Source: Mytilus californianus (Eukaryota). Taken from it: a DNA stretch of 64,000 bases. A program made the position numbers and the translations under genes. Below, piece by piece: positions 1-15,400 of the stretch (its first letter is position 1; every line of letters starts with the position of its first letter). The DNA lies in contig NW_026262581.1 in NCBI RefSeq assembly GCF_021869535.1, forward strand, positions 128,712,001-128,776,000, in the 5' to 3' direction. The notes beneath the pieces are model-generated. The model was given only the letters and a program-made list of their open reading frames with translations, was not told the origin of the DNA and searched no databases.

Positions 1-939
1 GAAAAATCTTCCCGAGAACTGATAGCTGATCTGCACAGTCTGGCAATTGAGACTTCCGATATAGATGGGCTACAAGAAATCATATCAGATATCAGTGATC
101 GACAAGAAGAAGTTGTAGCAGAAATTCATGAAAGGACAAATAATTTACAAACCGCTCTTACAAAGTCACAAAATGTTGAAGATGCTTTGGACAATATGTT
201 GACATGGTTACGTGACACTGAGGGTGCATTGAACAATCAAAGACGCGCAAGTCTCAGTCGTTATAACTTGAATGAACAATGTCAGAATTTAGATCTAATC
301 AAAGCCGATATTGACAGTCACAAACCTAGTATAGAAGCTATCAGAAATGAAGCTAATGAACTGATCAAAACTTGTGAACTTGACACTGCTAAAACAATAG
401 AGGCCAAAGTTGGCAATCTTGAAGCACAATTCCATACTGTGCAGAATAAATGTAAAACCAGAAATAAGGACTTACAAGAGCTTTCAGAAACTTTGGAAGA
501 ATTTCATGACACACTTGATAAGTGTAAACACTGGATTGCAGGAAATACTACAACATTAGAAGATCGGGAATGGAATAAAAAACCAGTAGAAACTGTTAAA
601 GACATTGTTGAAAAAGTAACCTCTGAAAAAGAAGACAAACAAAAGATCATTGAGGAATTAAGATCTCTTGGCCAAGCTCTGGTAGAAGATTCTAGAACTG
701 GAGAAGTTGGTGCTGTCAAGGAATCTCTGAGTGATTTAGACAGACGGTGGCATGAAATGGTGGCATTGCTATCTGAACGTGAACAAGAGACACTAGAGAA
801 AGACAGACAAGGAAGTGAATATGAAACAATGAAAAAGAATGTAGTTGATTGGTTAACTAAGGTGGAGAACAAAGTCGATGGATTTGAACCTGTGGCTGTA
901 GATGTTGATATAGCTGAAAACCAAATAGAAGAATTACAG
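1..939 (+). CDS. Spectraplakin exon w1 (starts before window), spectrin repeats
   Basis: Frame open from base 1 ([11 protein letters not shown]...ENQIEELQ); donor CAG|GTATGT; ends phase 0. Confidence 0.95.
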
Positions 940-3900
940 GTATGTTTATCATCTTGTTTGGAGGATGTCTGTATACATAAACTAAATCATGCTTAATTCT
1001 GCAATTGTTATGGATTTATCGATATATTGTAGGCAATAACAAAATTGAATCATATGGGATTTTAAAAAAATACAAATGCTAATTCAAGAATTCAAATGTG
1101 GACATGCTTGCGTTAATTATTTCTGTTTAATGAATGATCACATGTTGAATATTTTTTTACATTTGAATTTCTTGGATTAGTAATTCTATAAATTTTACTT
1201 GTTGGATAGTATTCAGCATTAGCATGTTACAGTAAATTAAGTATAAAGTAAAAATGTGATACATGTATATTTTTTTTTAAAGATGTGTAAAAAATAGTAC
1301 CGATAACAGGCTACTTGGTAAATTAATAAATGCAAACAAATTTCTTTGTTTTGTTTTAGCCTATGTTACAACAATACCAACAATATGCTGAAACTGTTGA
1401 TGAAGTAAATGACCTTGGGGCAGCTTATGATAACCTTCAAAACCCAGATACTAGACCTAGTAGTCCATTCAGAAAGATTATGAGTAAGTACATTTGTATA
1501 ATCTAAAAAATCAAAGTTTTACAAAACATGCTAAATATCTATTACAGTGAAACCTATCTGATCTGAACCCTTTATAAACCAGTAATCTGTCTACAATGGA
1601 CTGGTGTATCAGGACATAAAAAAAGAAAATCCTTTAAAATTCTATCATTGTGTTAACTGAACACCTATTTGACATAAACAAATTATTCATCCAGCAAAGG
1701 TTTTGATTTAGACAGGTTTTACTATATCTCTAAATAAGTCAAAAGTGTGATTTAGACAGGATTTACGATATCTCTAACAAAGTCAAAAGTGTGATTTAGA
1801 CAGGTTTTACTATATCTCTAAACAAGTCAAAAGTTTGATTTAGGCTGTTTTTACTATATCTTGAACAAAGTCAAAATTGTGATTTTAATCTTATTTACTT
1901 ATGATATGACTTCCCTTACACAGTAGAAAGTAAAAAAACTTTTTTTAAAGAATGTTTAAAAATAAATGGATTGCTTGAAAGATAAATTATATGCCAGCAT
2001 AATTCAGGAAAATATAGAAATGTTTATAAGTGTTAATCTGTGGTAATGAAGATATATCTGGATATGACAGATAACATTGGTCAATTACAAACATTTGTAT
2101 TTTGTTGATTGCTGTGACTGTATATAACATGACATTTGTTCTTATTTTTAGGAGGCAGAAGATTATCCAGTCTAATGTCACCAAGAGTCCGAAGTCCATC
2201 CCCATCATTTACTTATCCATCCTCACCATCACCTAATGTAATCAGTCCTGCTAGTGATTCTAGTGGATTCAGTAGTAAAAAGAGTTCCAGTGACAACTTT
2301 AATCTAGAAGGTAAATGTTTTCCTCTGCATAAGGATTTTCATGTATTTTATTCAGAAGTAGTAAATTTAACTTGGATTGAATTGAGTATCATCTATAACA
2401 TTTTATATCAGTATCTTCAATTTTTTAGTCTTTATTGTGTAAGAGACTTGTTTGCTGTTCTGTGTTTCTGACTTAACTTACTTTTTCATTTTCATCTATA
2501 AAGATCAAAATATTTATTTTATACATATTGGCACTCATATTTTTGATGATAATGGAATGTTTTTACAGATTTGACAGAAATCCAACAAGAACTGGTTGAC
2601 ATTAATCATCGTTATGACCTTCTTGGTGACCGACTGGCAGATCGTCACCAAGAGCTACAGAACATGTTGTCAAGTACCAAAACATTCCTACAGGATGTGA
2701 ATGACCTTATGACTTGGGTTGATCTTAAGGAACTGGATGCCAGCCTGTCTCCTTCCTTACCTACAAGTGAAAGGGAGGCTAAGAAACAGTTGAAACTTCA
2801 AGAGGTAAGTTATGATATTAAAGTGACAGTAGCAGTGGGTTTTATCAGATGCATTTACTGAAAAGTACTACATGACGTTTCTACCATTATATCCTGGCAC
2901 ATTTCTCCACTTAATATAGCTAGCTATTTGAAAAATTAAAAAAAGGTAGATAAAATAGGTAAATTAATTGTTATAATTTATATATTCTTTATAATGGAAT
3001 ACTAGATTACATACACTTAATTTAGATGTTAGCCTTTCTTCATACAGCATATCTGATACACCAGATGTTTATATGTATCGAATATTTTATCCCTTTCCAT
3101 CACCATTTAATAAAGAAGGAGTGGTTCATTGGTAAAGCAAAGCTCAATGTGACTTGGATCATCTGAGTGTGCAAGATTTACAATAGAAATTTGAAGTCTT
3201 GTGTGGGCTTAACCCACTGTAGAGCTTTGCATGGTTTATAAAAAATAAGTATTTGATCAGAAAAGACTTTAAATATATGCAGAATTTGAAAAGATAATGA
3301 AATAAAATAAATTAGGTAAAATAAAGCATGAAAGGTTCTTTTCATTTAAATTAAATTTAACTCATTTTCCTATTTTACACATTACCAAATGAAAATATTA
3401 ATCAATGAACTTTTTTCTATACTTGCAGACTCTACATAAAGAATTACTTGAGAAAGAGGCTCTGATTGAGGACATCAGAAACAAATCTCAAGAACTGATG
3501 AAGACCAAGAAAGGTGTCCCAGGAATGGATAGGGTTCAACAACAGTTTGCAGAATTAGGTAACCGTCAGCCATGTAGAAGATTTTATGAATTTTCTTTTC
3601 ATATTAAATGCAAGTTTTCAATATCCCTCTGTCAAGATTCTGTCAGTATGCACAGGAAAATAAAACTATAATGTTAATTTTTACTTATATAAATATGCAA
3701 ACTCTTTTAGCCTTAATTGTAATGATAGATAGAATAAAGCAATTTTTGTCTACTTATTGTACCCTGCACGACACGTTGCAGGGGACATAGAAATACTGGG
3801 CTTCCATCTGGTTTTGTTAGCCCTCTTACGTGTACAATTCTTACAGATTTTTATAAAACTTATATCATCTGTTTATATCAGCAATGTCTTGGATAACTTC

Positions 3901-6350
3901 AAAAATCAGTGGCGATTAATTATTTTTTAAAGACTTGTGCCCCTTTGAAATATTAATTATATGGAAAATTGCATTGTAAGCGGTCTCGTGTACTATTCTT
4001 GCCAAATTTTTATAAAACTTATATCAAAGGTTTATAAAAGCAATGTTTCGGACAAATTCAAAATCAGTGCCAATCAAATTTTTTTTAAAGAGTTATGGCC
4101 CTTCAAAACATTAATTATATTGCCTTATTGGAAATTGCATTGTATTCGCTCTCAAGCCTTCATTTCTCTTAAGATATTTTTAAAAAGTGTTTTAAAAAAA
4201 ATTTTTTTTTTAGTCATTGCCCTTGAATAGATAAGATATGTGCAGTGAGGGGGACATTGGAACTCTGTTCTTTTATTCCAGATGACAAATGGTTGGATGT
4301 AAAGGTTGCCTCAGAACAACGTAGAAAAGCCTTAGAGGGAATGGTATCAGACATCAGAGACTTCAAGGATGCTGGTGTACATCTACAGAAATGGATAGCT
4401 CAGAAAGAGAAAATGGTGGCAGTACTGGGACCAGTAGCTACAGAACCATCCCAGATCCACAACCAACAAGAACAAATTAAAATCTTGAAAGAGGAAGTGG
4501 CTGGACAGGAACCAACGTATGAACGTTTAATCCAGAGTGGACATAGCATCCTGGACAAATGTCAACCAGACTCCACAGATGCTGCTCATATCAGTGAGAA
4601 GATGGCAGTTATCAGTAAAGGGTGGGACCAGCTCAGTTCACGACTTGGTGACAGAGATAAGACACTTGTTGCAGTCGAGGGAATGAGTGCTGAATTTAAT
4701 GAAACATTGCAGTCACTACATGACTGGTTGAATGACTACACGGAAAGAGTTGATGGAGTAAATACTCAACCCACCAATCCAGAGGAACACCAAAGACAGA
4801 TACATAGATTACAGGTAGGTTATGTTAGCACATTTAAAATCTGACTCAGCGTGTCTGTCTAGTACAAGATAATATATCAAGTGGTGATGTAGGATTTTCC
4901 TTTCAGATACAAAAGTTTCATTAGATTATGTAAAACATGTAAAAAAAACAATTAAGATGTGATTCTAATTTCTCTTATTTTCAGTCATTGGAAGGTGAAC
5001 TTGTAAATCAGCAGCCGTTACTGAGCAAACTGAAGGAGCTTGGTAAGAAGGTTGGTGACAATACCAAAGATCTTAGTACTAAATCTGAACTGAAGAACAA
5101 AATATCAGCCATAGAGAAACCAGTCACAGAAATGGAATCTATACTTGGTAGGTATAATAGGAAGGGAAAAAAGCTTTGTATAAAAACATTAAAGTAGAAC
5201 AGATTTGACATTTTGTGTTGTTTTTTTTTAATCAGACAGTGACTCTATATAAGAAACGACAATTTACAAATATAATCCATTTTTAGAATATTTTCTTCAT
5301 TTGAGCATGTAATTTTATACAGAAATTCACTGTGTTGACTTTATTGAATCATAAGCACTTAAAAAGGTAGTAGTTTAGATTTATTGATGAAAAAAGACTA
5401 TAATTACTAGTTAAAGGTTATTGATCTCATTATTAGCTGCAAAGAAGACCAGTATAGAACAATCGAGTCAAGAAGGAGAACAGTTCCAAGAAGGTTGTCA
5501 GGAAATACTGGACTGGGTATCTGATCTCCGTGGTAAAATACAGAAACAACCACCTGTGTCTGGTAACCTTGACCTCCTGAGAGAACAATCTCTACAACAA
5601 AAGGTAGGCAATAGACTTGTACTTTGTGATGTTCTTGAGTACATGTTATTTTTTGTCTCGCCTGCAACAAAATTAAACTCTTTATATAAAGCTTTATATT
5701 TTAGAAGGTAGAAGACCTAGATGCTTCATACTTTGTATGCTTATACCTTCTGTTACAAAGTTTCTGTCTGTCATATGTCCTTGACCTAATTTTCATGGTT
5801 CGACTACTGGCTGGAAAAAAAAAATTGTTTTTTGTCATGTGAATTTCTCACTTATTATGAGTAATAGAATAACTATATTTGGTATATCGGTTCCTGTCTG
5901 CCCGACAGAGTTCACGTGACTTTCACCTCATTATATGGATCAATGATCAAGGTTAAAGCTACGTGTTAAGGTCCGTTTTACAGATACTGTAAGCAGAAGG
6001 TCAACTATATGTTGTGTATGGAATGATTGTAAGGGGTACATGTCAGTCTGGCAGGTTTCATCTGACCTTGACCTCATTTTCATGGTTCATTAGTCAATGT
6101 TAAGTTTTTGTGTTTTGATGTTTTTTTTCAATTACATAAGCAATAGGTCAACTATATTTGGTGTATGGAATGATTGTAAGGTGAACATGTCTGTCTTGTA
6201 GGATTTATCTGACCTTGAACTCATTGTTATGGATCTTTAAAAATGTTAAGTTTATGTGATGCTTGTAGTGAAACCTTTATCTTTAAGACTTTCACATAAA
6301 ATCAATGGTCAGTAAAACAGGTGAGACATTTCAGCGTGTGCACTCTTGTG

Positions 6351-6403
<53 letters not shown>

Positions 6404-9400
6404 ATCTGTCTGTCTGTCCGTCTGTCCGTCCGTCAGTCCATCAGTCCTGTTTCTTGTCATCGCAACTCCTCTCAAACCACACAACAGAATTTCACGAAAC
6501 CTTTTTAGATAATAAGGACATACTATATAGATGTGCATTTCGACAGGAAATTACAATTCAATTCTTTTTCTAGGAGTTACGCCCCTATGAACTTATTTAC
6601 TTTAATGTACTACTGCAACAGTTTGTCATCGCAACTCCTCTCAAACCACACAACAGAATTTCATGAAACATTTTCAGATAATAAGGACATACTACATAGA
6701 TATGCATATCGACAGGAAATTACGATTCAATTTTTTTTCCAGGAGTTACGCCCCTTTGAACTTATTTGCCCAATATACTACTGCTACCTTTTGTCATCGC
6801 AACTCTTCTCAAACCACACAACAGAATTTCATGAAACCTTTTCAGATAATAAGGACATACTACGTAGATGTGCATATCGACAGGAAATTACGATTCAATT
6901 TTTTTTCAGGAGTTACGCCCCTTTGAACTTATTTGCCCAATATACTACTGCAACCTTTTGTCATCGCAACTCCTCTCAAACCACACAACGGAATTTCATG
7001 AAACTGTGTAGATAATAAGGACATACTATGTAGATGTGCATATTGACAGGAAATTACGATTCAATTTTTTTTCCAGGAGTTACGCCCCTTTGAACTTATT
7101 TGCCCAATATACTACTGCAACCTTTTGTCATCGCAACTCCTCTCAAACCACACAACGGAATTTCATGAAACTGTGTATATAATAAGGACATACTATGTAG
7201 ATGTGCATATTGACAGGAAATTATGATTCAATATTTTTTTCTTATACAATTTTTTTTTCTTACACTTATTTGATTTTTCCAATGACAATGTGGGGACGTG
7301 GGGTATGTGAGCGCACTCACTAAGGTTCATTCATTAAAGAGTCAATTAATTAAATTGTTTAGGTATATGATTTAAACAGTACTTGAAACAAAGAACAAGC
7401 AACTTGGTTATGACCATTTTTACTTTTAAGATTGCTTCATCTTTTAACAGTGAAATGTAATAATCATACAGGCAAAATACATGAAATGCTGAAGATTGTT
7501 ATTGCAAATAGGGAAAAAAAAAACTGTAATTTTTAAGAGGGGTTTTTTTTTTTTTATTTAGTTGATCACACAAGATATCCAAGAGAGAGGTACTGAGGTA
7601 AGAGATATCCTTCGTAAAGGTAACAAATTACTTGACACATTGCCTCCATCCAGACATGCTAAAGAATTAGCTGAGAAGTTAGAAGACATTAAAACAGAGT
7701 GGGAGGAGTTAAACAGACAGGCCTTACAGAGATCACAGCAGATCGAGGCTAGTCAGAAACATGGCCAGAACTTCCAGGAACAGCTTGACAAGATATTGAT
7801 GTGGCTGAACATTGATAATGAAAAACTTGCTAATATTGTACCAAAAAGTTTAGATAAAGATGTGGTGGCAAAGAAACTCAAGGATGCTCAGGTAATATAT
7901 CTATAAGAAAGATACTCTGAAATCAATACAAAAATTAGATTTTGTTGGTCCTCAATGATAACAGTAATACTACATTAAAGTAGTATGTACTATTTAATAT
8001 TATCTTTGTTCAGTCTGCTTCCAAAACTTAATCAATAAGAAAAAAGTCAAGGTTGATGTCAAGAACATTGAATTATACATTGCCAAGTTTGAGATTGAAA
8101 AAGTACTGTTTTAGCAAAAGCAAGTATAGTTCAGAAAGAGAGAGGGAGTTTGTTTTAACTTTGTTTCATCAAGATTGTGATCAGTTTTATTCTTTATGTA
8201 CAGGCACTGCAGACAGATATTCTTAAACATTCCCATGACCATGACAATTTGAACAGAGAGGGCCAGTCATTGGTTGGATTAGTTGATACAGATCAAAGTC
8301 ATGTTACCGACTCCTTATTTGATGCCAACAAACGATGGGAAAATCTCAGTCAAGGTAACCAGAACTATTCCTCAGATTTATCATTATATTATATGTATCT
8401 AAATACACATCTGATGCAATCCTAAAACAAGAACTTCTAATGTGATTTCACAATTTAAATGTTTTACCTTGTAAAACTGGAACTAGAATTATTTTATATT
8501 TCCTTTCAATTACAATATTTGTAGAAAAATAAGAAAATGTATTGTTTTAAGTGTTTTAATTGTTTAATGAGTTAAATTATATAGAAAAAACGTTTTGGAG
8601 GCTCTGAAAGTGACCATTAGAGGCAGGTGACCGCTGAAACAAGGTGACCATTAAGGCAGGTTTGACTGTATTTGTAGAAAAACAAGAAAATGTATTGTTT
8701 TAAGTGTGGTAGTATCAGTTAAACAGTTAGATGATTTATTCGTGTCAGTATTTTATGTTACATTTATTTAACAACACATAAGACATGCAGATTTGAATAT
8801 TTATTTATTATACAGCTGTAGCAGACAAGATAGAAGAATTAGAAGACTTGTCTCAGAGACTGGAAGAATTCCATGACAACATGAGAGAATCAGAGTCTAC
8901 GTTAGATAGATACAAAGATAAACTTGACAGTCATCTGAAACAGGGTAGTTCATCTAGAGATCCCAAGCACATAGATAAAATTAAGGTAAATAATACTACA
9001 GGAGTATCAGTATATTTATCTCAAATTCTCTTACCATTTATTATTCACTAAAATTCCTGCAATAAGTATAGATTATAACATGCCCTTTTCCATATTGGCC
9101 CTGGTATCGTCCCGAGACTCCCATATCGGCCTCGAGGCTTTAGCCGAGTGCCGATATGGGTCGAGTGATGATACCAGGGCCAATATGGAAAAGACATGTT
9201 ATAATCTATTTATCACATATTTAAGTTCTGCAGAAAAGAGAAAAAAAATTCAATTATAACAATTTAATGAAATATAACAGGTAAAATCTTTAAAATTTTT
9301 ATCACAAAAGTTTTATCACATTTTCAAATTTACTTTAGTTTTCATCATTTACTTCATAGAAATTAATTGTCACATTTCCACTTATTTTGGAATATGGCAA

Positions 9401-12400
9401 TACACAATTGCCTAATTCTCCGGCACTTTTTAACCACTCCTAAGTCTCCTTTAGAATTTTAATGTCACTTTCAGTTTTTTCCTTGTGTTAGTGTTTTTCA
9501 TTTGCTCTACAAAGTCTGTCCTATCGCTTTCCTCCACTGCGATGAAACGAGCACCGTCATTGTTCGCCATTGTCGTTAAGGACGCAATGACGTCACGTCA
9601 TTTGGAATCAGGGCACAATAACCAATAACCTCTTTTTTGCCCCGGGCAATTTTGAGGTTATTACATATGCAAAACTCAACGTATTCGTAACAAATATGTG
9701 ATAACACCTTTTATTGTATAGCAAATCTTGAAAACTTGTCACGGATGACATCAAAAATTCTTAGCTACATATATATCATAGAATATTTATACCCCCGCTT
9801 TAAAAAAGTGGGGGTAAACTGTTTTACCTCTGTCTGTCCATCCGTCCCATGAATATTTTTCGTTGCATTTTTCTCAGAAACTACATCATAAGGATTTCTG
9901 AATTTGGTTTCAGGGTTTATATAAGTCAGCTATACTGTGTGATGCGTTTTTCTGATTCATCACTCAACAACTTCCTGTTTACCGAACACTTACATATTTT
10001 TACACTATTAAAATTATCCACTTGCGGCGTGGGTATCATCAGTGAGCAGTAGCTTGCAGTTTCACTAATTAGTCTTATTTTAGGTATATTTGTAATTGAC
10101 AAATAACCAGTGAGAATTCAGTTAAAGCAATTTAGTAATTTATTGGACTTTATCTAACACAGGCATGGCAAGAAGATGTAGATGCCATCACATCACAGAT
10201 AGATTATGCTGAGGCATTGCTGGATGGGTTACAAGTCCAAGGGGATATCACTGCACCTCTTGTCACCAATCTAGAGAAAGCTAAACAAAAACACGATCAG
10301 CTCCAACAAGAACTGGCCGATTTAGTGGAGGAAATGGAGAGTGGTGCTATGGTTCTAACACAATATCAGGTAGGTCAGAGGTCAAGCTCATACCTTGTCA
10401 TAAAATCCATTCATAAGTATGAAGTTAAGGTGCTCATATATCGTGGTGGCTTAATTAGAGTGGAGAATTAAAACATAATAAACAGCTTGAATATTTTATC
10501 AGGAAAACAAAGACTAAAATGTTTTATTTAATAAACATCATATATATTAATACTGTAACTTCTTTTCCATTACATAAAAACCTATTTCCAAACAAGAAAC
10601 AGTTACTGGGGGTTAGTAAGTTTTTTGTCAGATTTATTAAAAGAAAATGTATTTACAGGATCTTGTCCAGAATGTAGGTTCAGAACTGGCTCATTTAGAT
10701 GCAGAATTTACTTCACTTGATCCTATTGGACGTGATGAATCCATGCTTAGAGGCCAACAGAGGGAAAATGAGGTTAGTATAATTCTATTTATTTTACATT
10801 AAAAAAAAGAACATTTTAAAAAAATATTCATATAGTAAATTGTAAATTTTTTCTTGTATTTTTTTTTTATTGATATTTTACAGTAGATTAAATTTTGAGT
10901 ATAGTGGTCAACATTTAGTGTATCAAATATCCCCCTTTTTTGAGAGAAAAAAAACAATCTGTTTTTAACTTTAACCCTATGAAAATGTGCCTAGAGATGA
11001 GAGTCAAACTCAACAGGTCATAAGGTTTGTTGTCTGCATGTTTGGAATAATAAATGTTGACTACATTAAGGGCAATTGCACTCCAGTTTCTTATGTTATC
11101 ATGTATAATTATATTTTAAAGGACTTAGTGGTAGAAATAGAGGTATGATATTTGTTTCTGTTGCTTTGCACTTGTATGATGATAATGACCAAATGTTTGA
11201 GTGCTTTTAATTTAGATTTGTGGGATTAATCAACCAGGCAGGGACATTGTAGGCAGATTTAAGACTTGGAAAATAAAATGAATAACATCTTTATTAGTTT
11301 GATTGTTAAAAAATTATAGAGAACCTTATGTCTCTTATGTTCTTTAGGTCAAGTCAAAGTAAATGATGGTTTTCTTAATTTTAATAGATTTTAAAATATC
11401 AAAGGCCTCCAATGAATAACATTATTTACATTTTGGTGTACGAACAGTGAAATTGCCGCCAATCCTTCAGATTCTGAAATAGTAAATTGATCACCAAATG
11501 GCAAAGAATTACTTCGACTTAAACTTTAAAAAATTTTTAAAAGTACACAAATAATTTTTGAAAGAAGGATGCATAGATGTCAACTGATATGAGGGGGAGC
11601 TTCTCAATATTTATTTCCTATAAAATTTGGATACTGTCTGAAAATTGGTTAAAGGTTTTGTTTATTAATAGTTTGAATAATTTGAATTGTGGTTTTAAAT
11701 TGTTTAACTGCAAAAACTAAGATTGAATAACAGAAAACAAGGCTCAACCTTTAGGAGGTTTGGAAAGTTGACACCTATGATGATATAAGTCTTAAGCCTG
11801 TCTATTAACCTCAAATGTAGTCAAACTGGCTTCAAATGCACAAAGCTGCTAGTGAAACACATTTTGAATGAGTTATTTAAAAAAAAAGTCTATTAATATT
11901 TTCTGTAATAAACTAAAACATTCTGAAGATTAGTACGTTGTTATTCTTGAATTTCTAGTCAATTTTGTATAACATTGATATTCAATGCATCATGCCATTT
12001 TACAGAATGTCTGTATCTTAGTAAGTTATACCTGTCAAATCTTTAGTTGACTGTTTGTGAAAAAGGAAATATATACACCTCAATGTTCACAGCATGAAAT
12101 TAGCTTTCATTCTAGAACACTACCATTTTCTAAGTTTAGTTTGTTCAATTGAGTGTTTTCACATAGGTTCCATTGTTCTGGACTGTACTTTAGTTCAGTG
12201 AGACTAGAGAGACAATGAAAAAAAAATCAGTTTTTGTACATTTTCAAACTACTTTCAAACTCTCAAAGAAGTCTAAAAAAAATAACAAATAGAAGAAAAA
12301 AAAATATTCTTGAAATCTCAAATGAGTGGGAAAATATTGAAAAAAACTCAATTTTCTCTGATTACAAAGTTGTATTTGCTATTGTTTAAATGGCTTATGT

Positions 12401-15400
12401 TGCTGATGATTTTATACATTTTATGGCATAATTTTTGCCAAGCACCATTCTTATAAAGGGTTCTCACTTTGTTTAGCTTATATTTTATGTTATTGCTAGT
12501 ATGGGAAAGTGAAAAATAGCTTCAAAGACACAAAACAAAATGATCCTGTCAAAAATTTATTCTAAAAAGCCTATTCATTTGGAAATAAGTTATGCTGATA
12601 ATTTTATCTTGGTGATGCTACTTTATTTTTTGTGTATATAAAAATATTTTTCTGATTTGAGTATTTTTACTATGATCAACAATTAACATCTAAAAATGTG
12701 TAAAAAATATGTATAATGTAATTAAAATATATGTTATTTGTAAGATAGTGCTAGATGGTTCTCTTTTGAATTTTCTTGTGTTTGGTTAAAAGAAAGAGAA
12801 CATTGATAAATTGTTAGACATCAAAATGTATAAGGCATATCATAAAGGGTAAACGTTTTAATTGTTTTCTTAAAGATATCCCTTTTCTTAAAACATAAAT
12901 GAAAAAAAAAAAAATTCTGCAATACCCAGTAAAACTTAAGTAAAAACAAGCCTATAAACTCATGTATTTATTCCATTTTCAGGAGTTTGTGTCTAAGCTG
13001 TATGACATTGAGGCTAAGATAGATGACGTTAAACGTAAGACAGATGGACTCAAAGCATCGGGTTACCTTACCGATACTGGTGTTTTATCTCCTGTAAGTT
13101 TAACCTCAAATATTAATGCTTTCCTGGAGCTTAGTTTGCCTTAAAGAACTCATTTTACATGTTTATTTCAAAATGTCAAACAGATGATCTTTTTAGCATG
13201 AAGGTTCTAGGTTGCCTTGTACTTTTCTTTGTTAGATTTGTGTTCAGTTATTTTTCTGTTCCAAAATAAAATTTCAACACAATATATTTGTTGCAGATGA
13301 AACAAATTCAAAAGCAGTTTGATAACTTGAAAGACAAGGCAGAAAAACGTAAAGAAGACCTTGATCAAACATTCCTTAAAATGGAAGGTGTTGATGATAA
13401 CCTACGTAGGATGAGAACTAGCATTGATAGAGCCTCAGCAGAGTTAGACATGCATGAACCAATTGGTCATGATGTAGAACCAATCAAAAGACAACAAGAG
13501 GAACTTAAGGTATTTGTATAAAATGTCATCATTTCAAAACAACAGCTATGTTGTAATATTACTGTTATTGGATTGTTTACATTAAATCAGAATATATCTT
13601 CATTTTTAGCTCACCTGGCCCAAAGGGCCAAGTGAGCTTTTTTCATCACTTGGCGTCCGGCGTCGTCCGTCGTCGGCGTTAACTTTTTACATTTTGAACT
13701 TCTTCTAGAGAACCACTGAATGGAATGAAACCAAACATGGCATGAATGTTCCTTATGAGGTGCTGACCAAGTGTTGTTACTTTGTAGCCGATCCATCATC
13801 CAAGATGGCCGCCAGCGGGGGACTTAGTTTAACATAGGACCCTATGGGAAATGCATACAAATGACTTCTTTTAGAGAACCACCGAATGGAATGAAACCAA
13901 ACATGGCATGAATGTTCCTTATGAGGTGCTCACCAAGTGTTGTTACTTTGTAGCCGATCCATCATCCAAGATGGCCGCCAGCGGGGGACTTAGTTTAACA
14001 TAGGACCCTATGGGAAATACATACAAATGTCTTCTTTTAGAGAACCACTGAATGGAATGAAATTAAACATGGCATGAATATTCCTTATGAGGTGCTGACC
14101 AAGTGTTGTTACTTTGTAGCCGATCCATCATCCAAGATGGCCGCCAGCAGGGGACTTAGTTTAACATAGGACCCTATGGGAAATACATAAAAATGTCTTC
14201 TTTTAGAGAACCACTGAATGGAATGGAACCAAACATGGCATGAATCTTCCTTGTGAGATGCTGACCAAGTGTTGTTACTTTGCTGTTGGTCCATCATCCA
14301 AGATGGCCGCCAGCAGGGGACTTAGTTTAACATAGGACCCTATGGGAAATACATACAAATGTCTTCTTTTAGAGAACCAATGAATGGAATGAAACCAAAC
14401 ATGGCATGAATGTCCCTTATGAGGTTCTGACCAAGTGTTGTTACTTTGTAGTCGATCCATCATCCAAGATGGCCGCCAGCGGGGGACTTAGTTTAACATA
14501 GGACCCTATGGGAAATACATACAAATGTCTTCTTTTAGAGAACCACTGAATAGAATGAAACCAAACATGGCATGAATGTTCCTTATGAGGTGCTGACCAA
14601 GTGTTGTTACTTTGCAGTCCGTCCATCATCCAAGATGACTTAGTTTAACAAAGGACCTATGGGAAATACATACAAATGTCTTCTTTTAGAGAACCACTGA
14701 ATGGAATGAAACCAAACATGGCATGAATGTTCCTTATGAGATACTGACCAAGTGTTGTTACTTTGCAGTCGGTCCATCATCCAAGATGGCCGCCAGTGGG
14801 GGACTTAGTTTAACATAGGACCCTATGGGAAATACATACAAATGTCTTCTTTTAGAAAACCACTGAATGGAATGAAATTAAACACGGCATGAATGTTCCT
14901 TATGAGGTGCTGACCAAGTGTTGTTACTTTGTATCCGATCCATCATCCAAGATGGCCGCCAGCGGGGGACTTAGTTTAACATAGGACCCTATGGGAAATA
15001 CATAAAAATGTCTTCTTTTAGAGAACCACTGAATGGAATGGAACCAAACATGGCATGAATCTTCCTTATGAGATGCTGACCAAGTGTTGTTACTTTGCAG
15101 TTGGTCCATCATCCAAGATGGCCGCCAGCAGGGGACTTAGTTTAACATAGGACCCTATGGGAAATACATACAAATGTCTTCTTTTAGAGAACCACTGAAT
15201 GGAATGAAATTAAACATGGCATGAATGTCCCTTATGAGGTTCTGACCAAGTGTTGTTACTTTGTAGCCGATCCATCATCCAAGATAGCGCCAGCGGGGGA
15301 CTTAGTTTAACATAGGACCCTATGGGAAATACATACAAATGTCTTCTTTTAGAGAACCACTGAATAGAATGAAACCAAACATGGCATGAATGTTCCTTAT

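Noticed and set aside
504-872. 122-aa antisense ORF (and similar ones opposite other exons)
   Set aside because: Shadow frames of spectrin-repeat coding sequence
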